Translations under genes and position numbers: made by a program | In this document: positions 24,561 through 37,590 of the stretch, piece after piece | How positions within the stretch are numbered: the stretch's first letter is position 1 | Layout: each line of letters opens with the position of its first letter | Notes under the pieces: model-generated | The model's input: the letters and a program-made list of their open reading frames with translations, nothing else | The model's database searches: none | What the model was told of the DNA's origin: nothing | Assembly: GCA_013239625.1 (NCBI GenBank) | Contig: MU053156.1 | Coordinates: 62,467-126,466, forward strand | Source: Lama guanicoe | Taxonomy: Eukaryota | Direction: 5' to 3' | Length of the DNA stretch: 64,000 bases

Positions 24561-27519
24561 TAAAAGACAGCAGTTTCTTTTGGAACTGTGACTATAGTCA
24601 CTCATGTAAGTCAACGTTATTTTAGACTATTTCATGATAGGGAGTTAGTAACCTGGGGAATAGACCAGGATCTGTCTCCAGCAAAACATGTGACTTGAGG
24701 AAACTTTCTTTGCCTCCTTAGATCAGTTTTCTCATTGTTAAATTGAGGCTTTTACAATATTGGTGATTTTTGAATAGCCCTGAGATTCCACATTGTTGCT
24801 GCAGCTGAGAACTTGGGTAAAGAGAAGACAGCTTTGCTTTTATCTATTTTCCAGGTCTGAAGAAGCCTTCATTTGAAAGATGGGTTCCCTTCCCTAATGT
24901 TTTCAGACATTATTCTAAGTGATCTTATAAACACCATGTAAGAAAAAGAGAATTAATCTGTGCTACATGTTTGTTGTAGATAAAGAACTTTAGGCTTCTG
25001 GTCACCTCATTTGGTCCTCACTGCAATCCTGTAAGCTCTAAGGTTACAAATGCACCGATTTCATAGATGAGAAAATTGAGGCTCAGAAATTTTTTTTTTA
25101 AATTCCAAACTTCTTTAGCTAACACAATTTGTAATCAGAAACACTCTATTTCAGACTCTAGCCTAAAATTCACCAAAGCACAGAGGCTCTATGTTAAACA
25201 TAATGCTCCCTTCTACAATTCTGTGACTTATCTTTGATTTAAAACAGTACAACTTAAATACTTCACTTTAAATGGTTTCTGGCAGTTTTCAAAAACTGCT
25301 CATCATGAAATTCACCCAGAAATAATAGCTTCATACGTGAAAACTATGACTAGATCCGTCCCACCTGAAGGTTCACTGGCTAGCCCTAACTCCGTAAGTT
25401 TAAAACATATTCATTATCGTCCACCCAAACCTGCTCCCTTTTCTCTTTTTGGATAAACCACCATCCACACAGTCCACCTTTAATGCCCTCTTCTCCCTAA
25501 ACCACCCTCTGCTTGGCTCTGAGAAATATTTCTCACACGTATTCCATTCCTTCCATTTTTATATCCCTGCTTTAATGATCTCTCATTTAAGTTATTGCAA
25601 TAGCTTACATTTACTCTGAGTCCACTTGTGTCCTTCAAGTCCTTTTCCTCTGTGTATTCCTCTGCCTTGTAATTTAATCTATAAATTTGAAAGTATTTGC
25701 ATATGTACCTCTGCAAGGATGAGATCTTTCAGGGACTATATTCTATTAATTTTCCTGTCTTCACCACCTAATGGTGCCTCACACATGGTAGCCTCTCACA
25801 ATAATGTGTGCTGAATTTAAAAAAAGATATGTCAAAACTGAAGGCATTTTTGTTAGAGTAACTGGACATTCATAATCAAAAACATAAGCCTCAACCTAAG
25901 TCTTTCATGTTATACAAAAATTAACTCAAAACACATCATGGAATTAAATGTGCAACGTAAAATGATAAAACCTTTAGGAAAAAACACAGGAAACAATCCT
26001 CAGGACCTAAGGCTACATAAAATGTTTTTAATGCTTGACACCAAAAGCACAATCCAGAAAAAAAAATAATGAATAAACTGGACCTCATCAAAATTAAAAC
26101 CATTTGCTCTGTGAAAGACTCAGATAAGAGGATGAAAAGACTAGCTTCACACTGAAAGAAAGTATTTGCAAATGACGTATCTAACATATTCTCTATACAG
26201 AAAATATTAAAAAAAACTCCCAAAACTTAACAGTATAGAAATAAACAATTAAAAAATGGCAAAAGACGTGAAGAGACATTTTGCCAAAGAGGAGATATAG
26301 ACAGCAAATAAGCACATGAAAAGATGTTCAGCATCATTAGTCATCAAGGAAATGCAAATTAAAACCACAATGAGATATCACTACACATTTATCAAAATGG
26401 CTAAAATGAAATGAAGTGATAAAACCAAATTCTGGTGAGGATACAGAGAAACTTGATCTTTCATGAAATATTGGAGGGGGTGTAAAATGACACATCCACT
26501 TTGGAAAAACAGTTGGACAGTTTCTTACAAAACTAAACATCCAGAAATTGCACTCTTGGCCATTTATCTAAGAGAAATGGAAACTTACATTTACACACAA
26601 ACTGATACTTGAATGTTTAGAGCATATTTATTTGTAAGCGCCCCAAACTGGTAACAACCCAGATGTCCTTCAACAGGTGAATGGCTCTGGGGAAAACAGT
26701 ATAGAGATTCCTCAAAAGACTAGGAATAGACTTACCATATGACCCAGGAATCCTGCTCCTGGGCATATATCCAGAAGGAACCCTACTTCAGGATGACACC
26801 TGCACCCCAATGTTCATAGCGTTGTCAGGGGATCACATGGGGAACAGAGTGAGGCACTCCTCTTTCCGGGCTGGGGAGGAATCAGTGAAGACCTAGTGAG
26901 GAGCCTGAGTTCATTCCCCACCTCACAGTAACGTGGAGCCCCCTCAGGTGACAAGGGAGACTGAGTAAGAAGCCTGCACTTCTACCCACACTGGCAGTGA
27001 TGAAGTGGCAACATCCCCATTTTGCCCCCTGGGGTGATGTCAGTGGAAGCTAGCTAGGATCTAGCATCCAGGGTCTCTGAACACAGTAAGATGGCCACGT
27101 TTCATCTGAAATCATTCACCATACAAAGAACCAGGGAAATGAGAAACTGAATGAAAAAGGGCAATGACAGATGCCCATAATGAGGTGACAGAAATGTCTA
27201 AATTGTCTACCAAAGTTTTTAAAGCAGCTATAATAAAAAGTGCTTCAGTGAGCAATTATGAATATGCTTGAAACAAATGAAAAAGCAGAAAGTGTCAGCT
27301 AAATAATAGAACATCTGAGAAAGAACTAAATGGAAATTTTAGGACTGGAAAAAAAAATGTAAAACCTAGCGGGTGGGCTCAATAACAGAATGGAAGTGAC
27401 AGAGGAAAGAACCTGCTGGCTGCATGGTGGACCAGTTGGAATTACCCAGCCTAACAGAGAAAACAGACCAAAACCACCTCCACCAACAACAAAACAACAA
27501 GGCCTTGGAAACTCATACG

Positions 27520-28005
27520 CAGGCTGAATAATGGCTCCTAAAGATATTCAGGTTGGTCCTAATCCCTGGAAGCTGTGAATGTTACCCTATATGGCAAAAG
27601 GAACTTTGCAGATGTGATGAAATTAATGATCTTGAGATAGGGAGAGGATCATGGGCTCTCCAGGCAGGACCTGAATGAAATCACAGTGCCCTTAAAAGAG
27701 GGGCGCAAGAGGAGATTTGACTACAGTAAAGGAAGTAAGAGATGTGATTACAGAAGCAGGAGACTGGAGTGATAAGAAGGGATTGTGAGTCAAAGAATAC
27801 AGATGGCCTCCAGAAGCTAGAAAAGGCAAAGAAGTGTATTGTCCCCCAGGGCCATCAGAAGGAACTAGCCCTTCTGACATCCTGACGTTAGTTCAGTGCA
27901 CCTGATTTCTGATGTCTGGTCTCCATGACTGTGAGAGAATAAGTGTGTGCTGTGAAACATCATGCTTGTGGTCATTCGTTACAGCAGCCATAGGAAACCA
28001 ACACA
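27520..28005 (+). mobile_element. MaLR solo LTR (MLT1D-like)
   Basis: ggctgaataatggctcc...cctaatccctggaa...atatggcaaaaggaactttgcagatgtgat...gttacagcagccataggaaaccaacaca. Confidence 0.85.
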
Positions 28006-29290
28006 CTGCGGCACTGTAACAAAAGAGTTCATGTCCTGGAGACATGGAAGGAGAGGAGAAAATGGGCAGGGATGAAAAAGTGCTCAGAGAAATAGTGGAT
28101 GAATATTTCTCAGATCTGACAAAGGACATAAATCAGATTTGTGAACCTGAGTGCCAAGTGGAAAACCCAGAGAAATCCATGCCGAGACACAGCATTTGTC
28201 TTTCAGCATTTCAAATTTATAAAAACTAAAAACAAACAAACATATATCTTGAAAAGAGCAAGAGAGAAATAACACTTTACCTACAGGAGAACGCAATTAG
28301 AATGACAGGAGATTTCTCATAAGAAAGCATGGAGGCCATAAGGAAGTGACATGACATTCTGAACTACTGAAAGAAAAGATCTGCCAACCCAGAGTTCTAT
28401 GTCCAGTTAAAATACCCTTCAGAAGTGCAGGGGAAATCACGATATTCTTAGATACATTGTTACTGCAAGGCCTGCCTGCTCTGAATGAACGGCTAGAGGA
28501 AGTTCTCAAATATAAAGGAAGCAAATAAAAGGAATGTTGCAACATCAAGAAAGAAGAAAGAACACGGCAAGCAAAGATATGGATAAATACAACGGACTTG
28601 CTTGCTCCTGTGGCACTAACTTGTATTTGACAATTAAAGCAAAAATTTTCAAACACTTTCTGACGTATGGAGAGGAAATATTTAAGACAATTATACTATG
28701 TACGGAAGAGGATAAAGGTACATAAAGGTGAAGTTTCTACACTTCACTACAATTGATGAAATGACAACAGCAGTAGACAGTGATAAATTATATGTATATT
28801 AAGTGTATGACGTAATATTCAGAACCACCTCAGGAAAATCTATATGAAGAGATACACTTAAAAACACTCTAGATAAATAAAAGTCAAATTCTACATATGC
28901 TCAAATAACTAACAGGAAAGCAGGGGGGGAAATCCAGAGGAACATAAAGAAGCAAAAAGAGTGGAAAAAAGGCCAAAAAATAAAATGGCAGACATACATA
29001 GCTTTAATACATCAATAATTATAGTAAATGCAAATGGTGATATATACAAATTAAAAGACAGATCTGCAGAGTGGATTAATTATATAGGACCCACCTGTAT
29101 GTTATGAATAAGGAATTCAAATTAAATAGAACAATATAGGCAGGTTGAAAATAAAAGGACAGAAAAAATAGTGTCATGCAAACATCAATCAAAAAAAAAA
29201 AAAAGAATGCCTATATTAGTATCAGATACAGTAGACCCAGAGCAAATACAATTACCAGGTGTAAAGAGGAATAATATGTAATGATAAAAT

Positions 29291-29622
29291 CTAAAAAACA
29301 ACAACAAACAAACAAAAACAAAGCATAAATACAGGGCAGAAATAGACTCATGGACAGAGAATACAGACTTGTGGTTACCGGGGTGGGGGGCGGGGTAGAG
29401 GGTGGGAAGGGATAGACTGGGGTTTCAAAATTGAAGAATACATAAACAAGATTACACTGTATAGCACAGGGAAATATACACAAAATGTTATGATAAATCA
29501 CAGAGAAAAAAATGTGACAATGAGTGGGTATATGTCCATGAATGACTGAAAAATTGTGCTGAACACTGGAATCTGACACAACATTGTAAAATGATTATAA
29601 ATCAATAAAAAATGTTAAGAAA
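29291..29622 (+). mobile_element. Young lineage-specific L1 3' end inserted in older L1
   Basis: Perfect 15-bp TSD atgtaatgataaaat (29276-29290 / 29623-29637); aataaa tail. Confidence 0.88.
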
Positions 29623-30769
29623 ATGTAATGATAAAATAATCAGTACATTAAGAAGACATAGCAATCCTAAATATATGTATACACCAAACAACAGAGCTGC
29701 AAAATACATAAAACCAAACCAAAAGAAATGAAAGGAGAAATCAACCAAGCCACAATTACAATTGGAGACTTTACGCACTATTTCAACAATCAGTAAGACA
29801 CCCAGACAGAAAATTAGTAAAGACATACAAGAATTCATCAGCGCCATCAACCAACAGCACCCAACGAGCATCTTTAGATGCTCGTTAAACACTGTTTTGA
29901 ACACTGTACCCCAAAACAGCTCAATATCCAATCTTTTCAAGTGCCCATGGAACATATACCAAGATGGACAACATTTTGGGCCATAACATAAACCTCAACA
30001 AATTAAAAAAAACCCTGAAATTATACAGGGTGTGTTCTCTGACCAAAATGGAGAAAGATAACACAGGAAATAAGGTTCTCTGACCTCAAACAGAGAAAGA
30101 ACAATTTCCAAATATTTGGAAGCCAAATACCACAATTCTAAATAACCCACGGGTCAGAGAGGAACTCTGAAGAGAAATTTTTTAAAATAGTATTTGAACT
30201 GAATTACAATGAAAACACAACCCATTAAATTGTATGGGACAGAGCTACTGTTGTGCTTCAGGGAAGTTTACAGCATTAAAAACATGGACTGGATCTGTTC
30301 TAACTACTCGGATTATGTTTGCCAGTGTAAAACAATCATTCGGTATGATTTGTATGTCTATCTGTGTTACTCTTTTACAATAATATATTATAACATATAT
30401 GATACTTCTGTCCATGTTGCTGCAGGTGATAAAAAAGACACACACAAAGCTGTTCAGTTTTCTGTGCCCTGTTGATATTATCAAGTCTCTTCAGAAAACA
30501 CAGCTGCATTGCAAGTCCTGGCAGCGCTCTTCCCTGTGCTTGCTGTCAAAAAGGCTCCCGCCTGCATTTACTCAAGATGAACCAGAGTTTACCATTGTTC
30601 CCTGACTAAATACAACCCCTACTGAAAAAGGCAAATATCACCAAGTTCACAAGTTTAGCTTCTACTTTCTTTGCTGGTGGTTTTATGCAGGAATTCTCTT
30701 CCTGGGCTGAAGTTTGAAAACACAGTTACCACATTAAATCATAAGTCATTTTGATGTGATGAAACTATT

Positions 30770-31185
30770 GAAGGGAACTGGCTAATTTCATGTGGCAATC
30801 ATTAGGTCTGTTCACTAATATTGCAGTTTCTTCCATCTGCACATGTGAGCAATCTGCACTTCTCTTTCATCTTCAAGGTAGGAATGGACATGTGACTTGC
30901 TTTGGCCAATAAAGTATGAACAGAAATGCAAGGTGCTACTTCTGATAGAAGCCTTTGAAGAACTCGTGGGTGATTCACCACGTTCCCATGTGCTTGATTA
31001 ATGAATGATGAGGGTGATGTAGGTGACAGGGCTCCATGAGCCTGCGTCCCTGGGTGCAGAGGATGTAAAACAGATTCTTTTATTGACCAACATGGACATA
31101 TAGCCTTAGCAAGAAATAAACCTGTGTTCTTTTTGTAACCTTGATTTTAGAGTTGTTTGCTAGGACTGCATAACCTAAACTATTA
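30770..31185 (+). mobile_element. Old MaLR LTR (MLT1-like)
   Basis: catgtgacttgctttggccaataaagtatgaacagaa...agcaagaaataaacc. Confidence 0.65.
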
Positions 31186-31323
31186 TAACTGATTGATATA
31201 TTTTATATTTAAACGAAACACATGAAACTCTTTGCAATAGGACCCTGTACTATGGCATCAAATTGTAAACTACAGTTAATGAATTATTCATTGGTGTACT
31301 TGATGGAATCTTCCACTCTGATA

Positions 31324-31325
<2 letters not shown>

Positions 31326-31354
<29 letters not shown>
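31326..31354. repeat. (CA)n microsatellite
   Basis: Direct. Confidence 0.95.
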
Positions 31355-31356
<2 letters not shown>

Positions 31357-32239
31357 GTCAAATCAAGTCTCGCATCTCTTTCCTTATGGTATATATTGGA
31401 ACAATAGTTTACTAGTTACTCCACGATATTGAGCTTTGTATGATGTGGAGCACACAGAGAAATAATGTGGACTATGGAATCAATACTTGAGTCAGCATAT
31501 CTACCTACGTGCTGGTGGTCATGACTACATCCTCCTGCTTTGGCTTCTCCCTCTATAAAATGAGAGTAATGGTGATACAGGCAGGCCTCATATGTAATTG
31601 AGAATATGTAAGTTAATTTACATAGAGCCATAGAATGATGTCCAGCACATGGTAAGTTGTCAATTAATTTAGTTATTATTATGTTTGCTTTAAACTGTTA
31701 ATATACACTTCCCCTAGCATATGCAACACTTAATATCACCTCCCTGATTCTGATGCCTCTTCTCTTCCTACAGACACTTCAGGGAATCTTAGGGATGTGT
31801 GATGAATCAATTACATTTTTATTTTGAAACATTCGGCCACTTTAACAACCCAATACACACAAACACACACAACTACTTATTAAAATTTGAAGGTAGTTGC
31901 TAAGGCAAAGAAAGGAAATGACTATATTTCATTAGATTTAAATAACTCTTTGAAAATAGGATAATAACCAGGCAGAAGATGCTCTACACACTGCAGGAAA
32001 ACTGACAGGAGTTGTGTCATCCTCCCTGCAATACAGTATAATCTTGCATAATGGGGAAGATAACACGTCTGCTGTGAGTACAGAATTGCAGCGATAACCA
32101 GAGTAGGACTTAAGTCTCTGATTCCAAAGACACTGAGGAAAGCACTGAAGACCCCCTGACACCTCCTCACACATCATGCCTCTGTAAACAGGTGGCTTCT
32201 AGGGCATCCTGTTTAAACCTCTGTGTCTGGTCCAGAATC

Positions 32240-32499
32240 TTTTTTTTTTTTTGAGCCTTCACTTGTTTACATTTTTTTTTAACTTTTTTTATTGAATTAT
32301 AGTCATTTTACAATGTTGTGTCAAATTCCAGTGCAGAGCACAATTTTTCAGTTATACATGAACATATATATATTCAAAATTTGTAGATACTGATAGGCAT
32401 GTGCAGAATACATAAACAAGATTATACTGTATGGCACAGGGAAACATATACAAGATCTTGTGATAGCTCATGGCGAAAAAAAAAAAGTGAAAATGAATA
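32240..32499 (-). mobile_element. 5'-inverted (twin-primed) L1 insertion with a short 3' extra segment
   Basis: TSD tggtccagaatc(t/c)ttt (32228-32243 / 32500-32515); minus-oriented 3' end 32272-32376, then the adjacent upstream L1 segment in plus orientation 32377-32499. Confidence 0.85.
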
Positions 32500-34089
32500 T
32501 GGTCCAGAATCCTTTATTCCACATTCTTACAGAATTCCTTTTCTAAGAACATACTCAATTTGTATACAAGCATTTATTTGTATAAATTATTTTATTAAAG
32601 TCTGATCCCTGAGCTGGGAGGGCTCACTTCCCTTTCTGCTCACCACTCCTCCCCAGTCCCCCACCCAGCATCCAGAGCGGAGGGCCTCTCAAGAAACAAA
32701 GACAGTACAACTCTCCCAAAACTAGAGATAGGGGACTTGAAAGGAGAAAATCATGTCAAATCCCCCAGGTGAGATAAAAGTAGCAAGAGAATGCTTTTTC
32801 TAAAATATGTAACAGAAACTAGAAAACTGGAACAGTCGAGTCAGTTAAGAAAGGACATGTATATATACCATAGGATTTATGCCTTAATAACAATCACCAT
32901 CTCATATAGACTTGGAAAATTCAACTTCAATGTCAATATCAAAAAACATTTGTGCTTGATGGCATGTGACTTCCCTGACCACAGCACTGCACCCCAGCAC
33001 CCCCAAATAGAGATGAAGCCACGATTTGAGGTGGGAAAGAGTTTAACCACTGAAGAGTAGGATTCAGTTTTTGTTCACATCCAATGATCATGTTTCTGTA
33101 TATACTTCAGCTGGATTCTAGTCTCTTTTCACTTGTAATGTTGAATAAGTGTGAATTTGAAATATATATACTGAAGTTAATTACACTAAAAGACAAGAAC
33201 TAAGGAAATCTATGAATGTCAAAATAATTTTGGAACTTGTTATGGGAAGAAGCAATTAAATTTCCTTGAAAAAATAACAGATGAAGACTTAAGAGAGATG
33301 TCTGTCCAATGAATATTATGAGAGGTCCATGCTGAGCTCAAATGAAGAGTGATTCTCTAAATATGTGCAGTTGGACTTCACCCCATCAAGACCTTTCTTC
33401 ACATCATGATTCATTTAAAAGAGGAGATTTTTACTATATTTCAACTTAGAACTAATGAGAAAATTTTAGTTCAATCTTCACTGCTATACAACTTTGTATA
33501 GAATGCATACAATTGGTGAAAAGGCATCAAATACATGAACACCCTCACAATACAGCCTGCTTTTAATCACTGAGAGTTGAAAGAGAATTACATAATTCTT
33601 TTAAAACTGCCTAACCTCGTCAGATTGACTGAATTAAAGACGATTAAACTTGCTCAAAAATTCTGCAATGGTGCTGGTGTTCTGAAGAAAATGATGGCCC
33701 CGCTTGGAGCAAAGAACAGACTGATACCTTAGGAAGTTTAAAATTAAGTGCAAATACATAGATTCAGCGGCCTGCTTTCTAATAATTCACTTTGCAGATA
33801 AATCTTAACTGCTGAAAATCTTAACATTGCTGATAAATTACTTATCTATATTATTTTACTCTACAAACTGTTGGAGGAAACTCGGTGAACTGTGGCAAAA
33901 GGAAATGACTCAAAGGATACTTGCCATAATTATAGTACTAAAGATTAGTTAATTGTCCCCAGTGTGTAGCACATAGTTAAGAGGTTCATCTTGGTAAAGA
34001 GAAACAGTCAATACAATAAATACAGAAAACTTTAGGTACACTGGGGTCCTATTTTATGAAAAAAATATATAAGTTGGTTTAAAGTACAT

Positions 34090-34260
34090 CAAAAACTCAG
34101 CTGGGCTCTAACTATGACCTCGGGTAAACTACTTCACCTCTCTGTGTCTGGATTTCCTCATCTGTAAAAGCTGGACAGTATTATTACCTACACCTTATGG
34201 TGTAAGAAATAAGCGCGTGACTAAAGCTAAAGTTCATAGAACTGTCTCTGGGATATGTGG
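34090..34260. mobile_element. MIR SINE
   Basis: acttcacctctctgtgtctggatttcctcatctgtaaaa MIR core. Confidence 0.7.
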
Positions 34261-34719
34261 AAAACTGGTTTGTTTCTTTTTCTCTCTAAAGTTTCTACAT
34301 TTGGAATAGGCAAGATAAGTCTTTTTTGTAAAAGAAATTAATAATGATGCATATTTCAACAATACAGCTACTACTATGTCCAAAAGGAAACAACACGCAT
34401 TAAATACCCAGTGATCATAACCAGTAACAGGAAACTTGAGCAGAACCATCAAACTCTATAAAGACCTTTTTTTTAGAGCAATGAAGAACCAAACGAATGG
34501 TGCTGAACTTCACGGCAAGAATACATCCCCTATCCATTCGCACCCCCACCCAGTTTTACAATTACCTTCTCAAAGCCATAGACCAAGCCTGCCAAAGAGG
34601 AGAGTTTTACTGCCAAGTCCCGGGCATGGTACCACTGAGCCCAGCACCGCCACCTCTCTTCTCTCCTTGGCTTTCGTCTTTTGGCAGACATCTCGCCACC
34701 TCCCACTCGGGTACCAGAA

Positions 34720-35870
34720 CCAACCTCCCGTGCGCCCTCGGTCCAGCGGAAAACTCCGAAGTGGGCAACAGGCTACAAAAGCCAAAGACACTCACCTCTC
34801 CCCCGCGCCCCCGGCCCCGCGCCGCCCCGGGCGCCCGGTGCCCGTTGCCCGCTCCCACCCGGCCCGAGCCGCCCGGGCACCGCGGTGCTTTGCAACATGC
34901 ATAGGCGCCGCCGGCCAGAGGACCCCACCGCGGATTTCCGGCCAACAACAGCCCCCCCAGGCGGCTCCCCACGTGAGTGGCGCCCCTGCTGCAGCAGCTC
35001 GGCCCGCGCGGGCCGCTGAGAGAGCAGCAACGACGACAAGAACAATTCAGCCCGTGGCCTGAGGGAGCCGGCAGCCACCCCCGGCCTGGGAGTGGCGAGG
35101 CGGCGGGGGCTGCGGCGGCCGTGCCGGGCTGGTGGCCGAGATTTTCCTGCGAGGCCCCGCGGCCCCGCCTGGCCGGCGGTCCTGCCCGCAGCCGCTCCCG
35201 CCGCCCGGGGAGGCGCCCCGCACGTGCTTGGCGCCCGCGCACAGGCGGGAACCCCGCGAGTGGCCGTGGGGCGAGTCCCCCTCCCGCCGCCGCCAGCCGC
35301 CCGCTTCCACTCTTGGCTTCGCGGGCTGCGCGGCGCCTGCCCTCGCTCGGGCGGCCGAGCCCCCCGTGCCCGGCCCCGGCGCCGCGGGCGGCTGCGGTCC
35401 CTGCGCCGCGGGGCTGCGCGTCTCCCGCCTGGCGGCTGGCTCCGCGGCACCGGGGAGCGGGGGCCACGCGGGGCAGCCCACCCGGCGCCCCCCGCTCGCC
35501 CGCCCCGCGGGCCCCCTCCACCCCCGCGCCCTCCCGGACTCCGGAGCCGTCAGGGCAGAAAATCCCTCGCACATACCTTGCAACGGACGGGCGGGCGCCT
35601 CAGTCACCGACTCGCCAAACTCCTCGGTGGTGTCCGCCGGTCTGCAGGGAGGTTTGGGCTTGGAGTAGGAGCCGCTTTCTTTTTACTTAGTAATGTTGGA
35701 AGTGCCGGCTCCGCTGCCAGAGTTGTGGGTCCCGTGGGCACAGCAGAGGCTGGCCGCGGCCGGCACCAGGGTTTCCTGAGGATCCGGAACCTAAGAGCTC
35801 ATCCTCCGCATCCGCCTGCCCCGCCCCTATCTCCACGGGCGCGCACTCCCCACCCCATGCCTGCGCGATC
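34720..35870 (-). promoter_or_regulatory. CpG-island promoter of an unidentified minus-strand gene, with two candidate alternative first exons
   Basis: Very GC/CpG-rich; GC box ccccgcccc 35819-35827; minus-strand donors AAG|GTATGT (exon end 35577) and GAG|GTGAGT (exon end 34796). Confidence 0.8.
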
Positions 35871-36139
35871 CTCTTTCCTGGACTGAACTATTCTTCCAGG
35901 GAACTACAGTGTTCATGCTCTTCATTGGGAAGGAAAAAAAAACCCTTCCGGATAAAGATTTTTCTCTTCTAACGCTTGTTTTAGATGCTTTGTTTATTTT
36001 TATGGTTGGCCCTCACACGTGCAAGGGATATTAACACAGCCTCAGAATTAAAATGTAAAATTATCTTCCTCTTATGTTGACCCAGATTTTGGTCAGAGCC
36101 CAAGGACTCAAACAGTAAAGTTTCAACTTAAAACAGAAG

Positions 36140-37230
36140 CAGTAACCAGGGGGGGTAGAGGGTGGGAAGGGATAGACTGGGATTTCAAAATTGTAGAATA
36201 GATAAACAAGATTACACTGTATAGCACAGGGAAATATACACAAAATGCTATGATAAATCACAGAGAAGAAAAGTGACAATGAGTATGTATATGTCCATGA
36301 ATGACTGAAAAATTGTGCTGAACACTGGAATTTGACACAACATTGTAAAATGATTATAAGTCAATTAAAAATGTTAAAAAAATATATAAAAAAGAAAAAA
36401 CTACAATGAGGTATCACCTCACACTAGTCAGAATGGTCATCATTAAGAAGTCCACAAATGATAAGTGCTGGAGAAGGTATGGAGGAAGGGAACCCTCCTA
36501 CACTGTTGGTGGGAATACAGTTTGATGCAGCCACTATGGAGAACAGTATAGAGATTCCTCAAAAAACTAAAAATAGATTTACCATATGACCTAGCAATCC
36601 CACTCCTGGGCATATGTCTGGAAGAAACTGGAATTGGAAGAAACTCTAATTCCAGAAGATGCATGCACCCCAATGTTCAAAGAAGCACTATTTACAATAA
36701 CCAAGTCACAGAAACAACCTTAATGTCCATCAAGAGATGAATGGATAAAGAAGATGTGATGTATATATATTTTTTTTCAGCCATAAAAAAGAATAAAATG
36801 CCATTTGCAGCAACACAGATGGAACTTAGAGATTATCATCCCAAGTGAAATAAGTCAGAGAAAGACAAATATATGGTATCATGTCTATGTGGAATCTAAA
36901 AAAATGGCACAAATGAACTTATTTACAAAACAGAAACAGACTCACAGACATAGAAAACAAACTATGGTTACCAGAGGAGAGAGAAATCAGGAATTTGGAA
37001 TTTGCAAATACTACTATGTATAAAATAGATAAACAACAAAGTCCTACTATATAGCATAGGGAACTATATTCAATACTTGTAATAATCTATAATGAAAAAG
37101 AGTATGTCTATATCTATATTTATATGGGTATAACTGAATCACTACGCTGTACACCAGAAACTAACATAACATTGTAAATCAACCATACCTCAATAAAAAA
37201 AATTTTAAAAAACCAACAGCAACAACAACA
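36140..37230 (+). mobile_element. Two tandem L1 3' ends (young 36140-36400; older ORF2 end + 3' UTR 36400-37230)
   Basis: First piece nearly matches 29390-29620; second has aatgaggtatcacctcacac...gcaccccaatgttc...caataaaaaa. Confidence 0.88.
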
Positions 37231-37317
37231 AAGATATCACTACTTTGGAACTCATTAGCCTCAGACAGAACGTGGCCTTCTGACTTCCTCTGAAATTTGT
37301 AAATTGTGACCTCAGCA

Positions 37318-37590
37318 TGTTACTGAATCCAAACTGGGTTCTGCTCAGTGCATGACAGGCCAATAATTTTTCTATTCTGCAACTTGTTATCTGTATGTAA
37401 GTGCAAACGTGTTAATATCCTTAAAGGTCAGAGCCTTGAGAATAGGCTCTCGTGTATATTTCAGACTATTGGCAACACTGTTTTACACAAAGTGCAGAAC
37501 CAGCAAGGCTAAGCCTAGGAGACAGAGCACAGGGTTAAAGCCAAAGGAACAAATCTAACACGGGAGTCAGATGTGTTCCTTTCTGTTACA
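37318..37590. mobile_element. Probable solo LTR (ERV1-like)
   Basis: tgtta...tgttaca termini (TG...CA), imperfect 4-bp TSD agca/ggca; resembles artiodactyl LTRs from memory. Confidence 0.55.

Larger units (their letters stand above)
25860..30280 (+). mobile_element. Nested old L1 pieces: ORF2 end 25860-26684, young L1 fragment 26685-26820, 5'/ORF1/endonuclease region of another L1 ~26821-30280
   Basis: aaattaactcaaaa, gaaatgcaaattaaaaccacaatgagata (ORF2 end); ccaacccagagttctatgtccagttaaaatacccttc (ORF1 C-terminus); tatacaccaaacaacagagc (endonuclease region). Confidence 0.8.

Noticed and set aside
34436..35886. Long overlapping Ala/Arg/Gly/Pro-rich ORFs on both strands
   Set aside because: Expected stop-codon scarcity in a CpG island; no recognisable domain.
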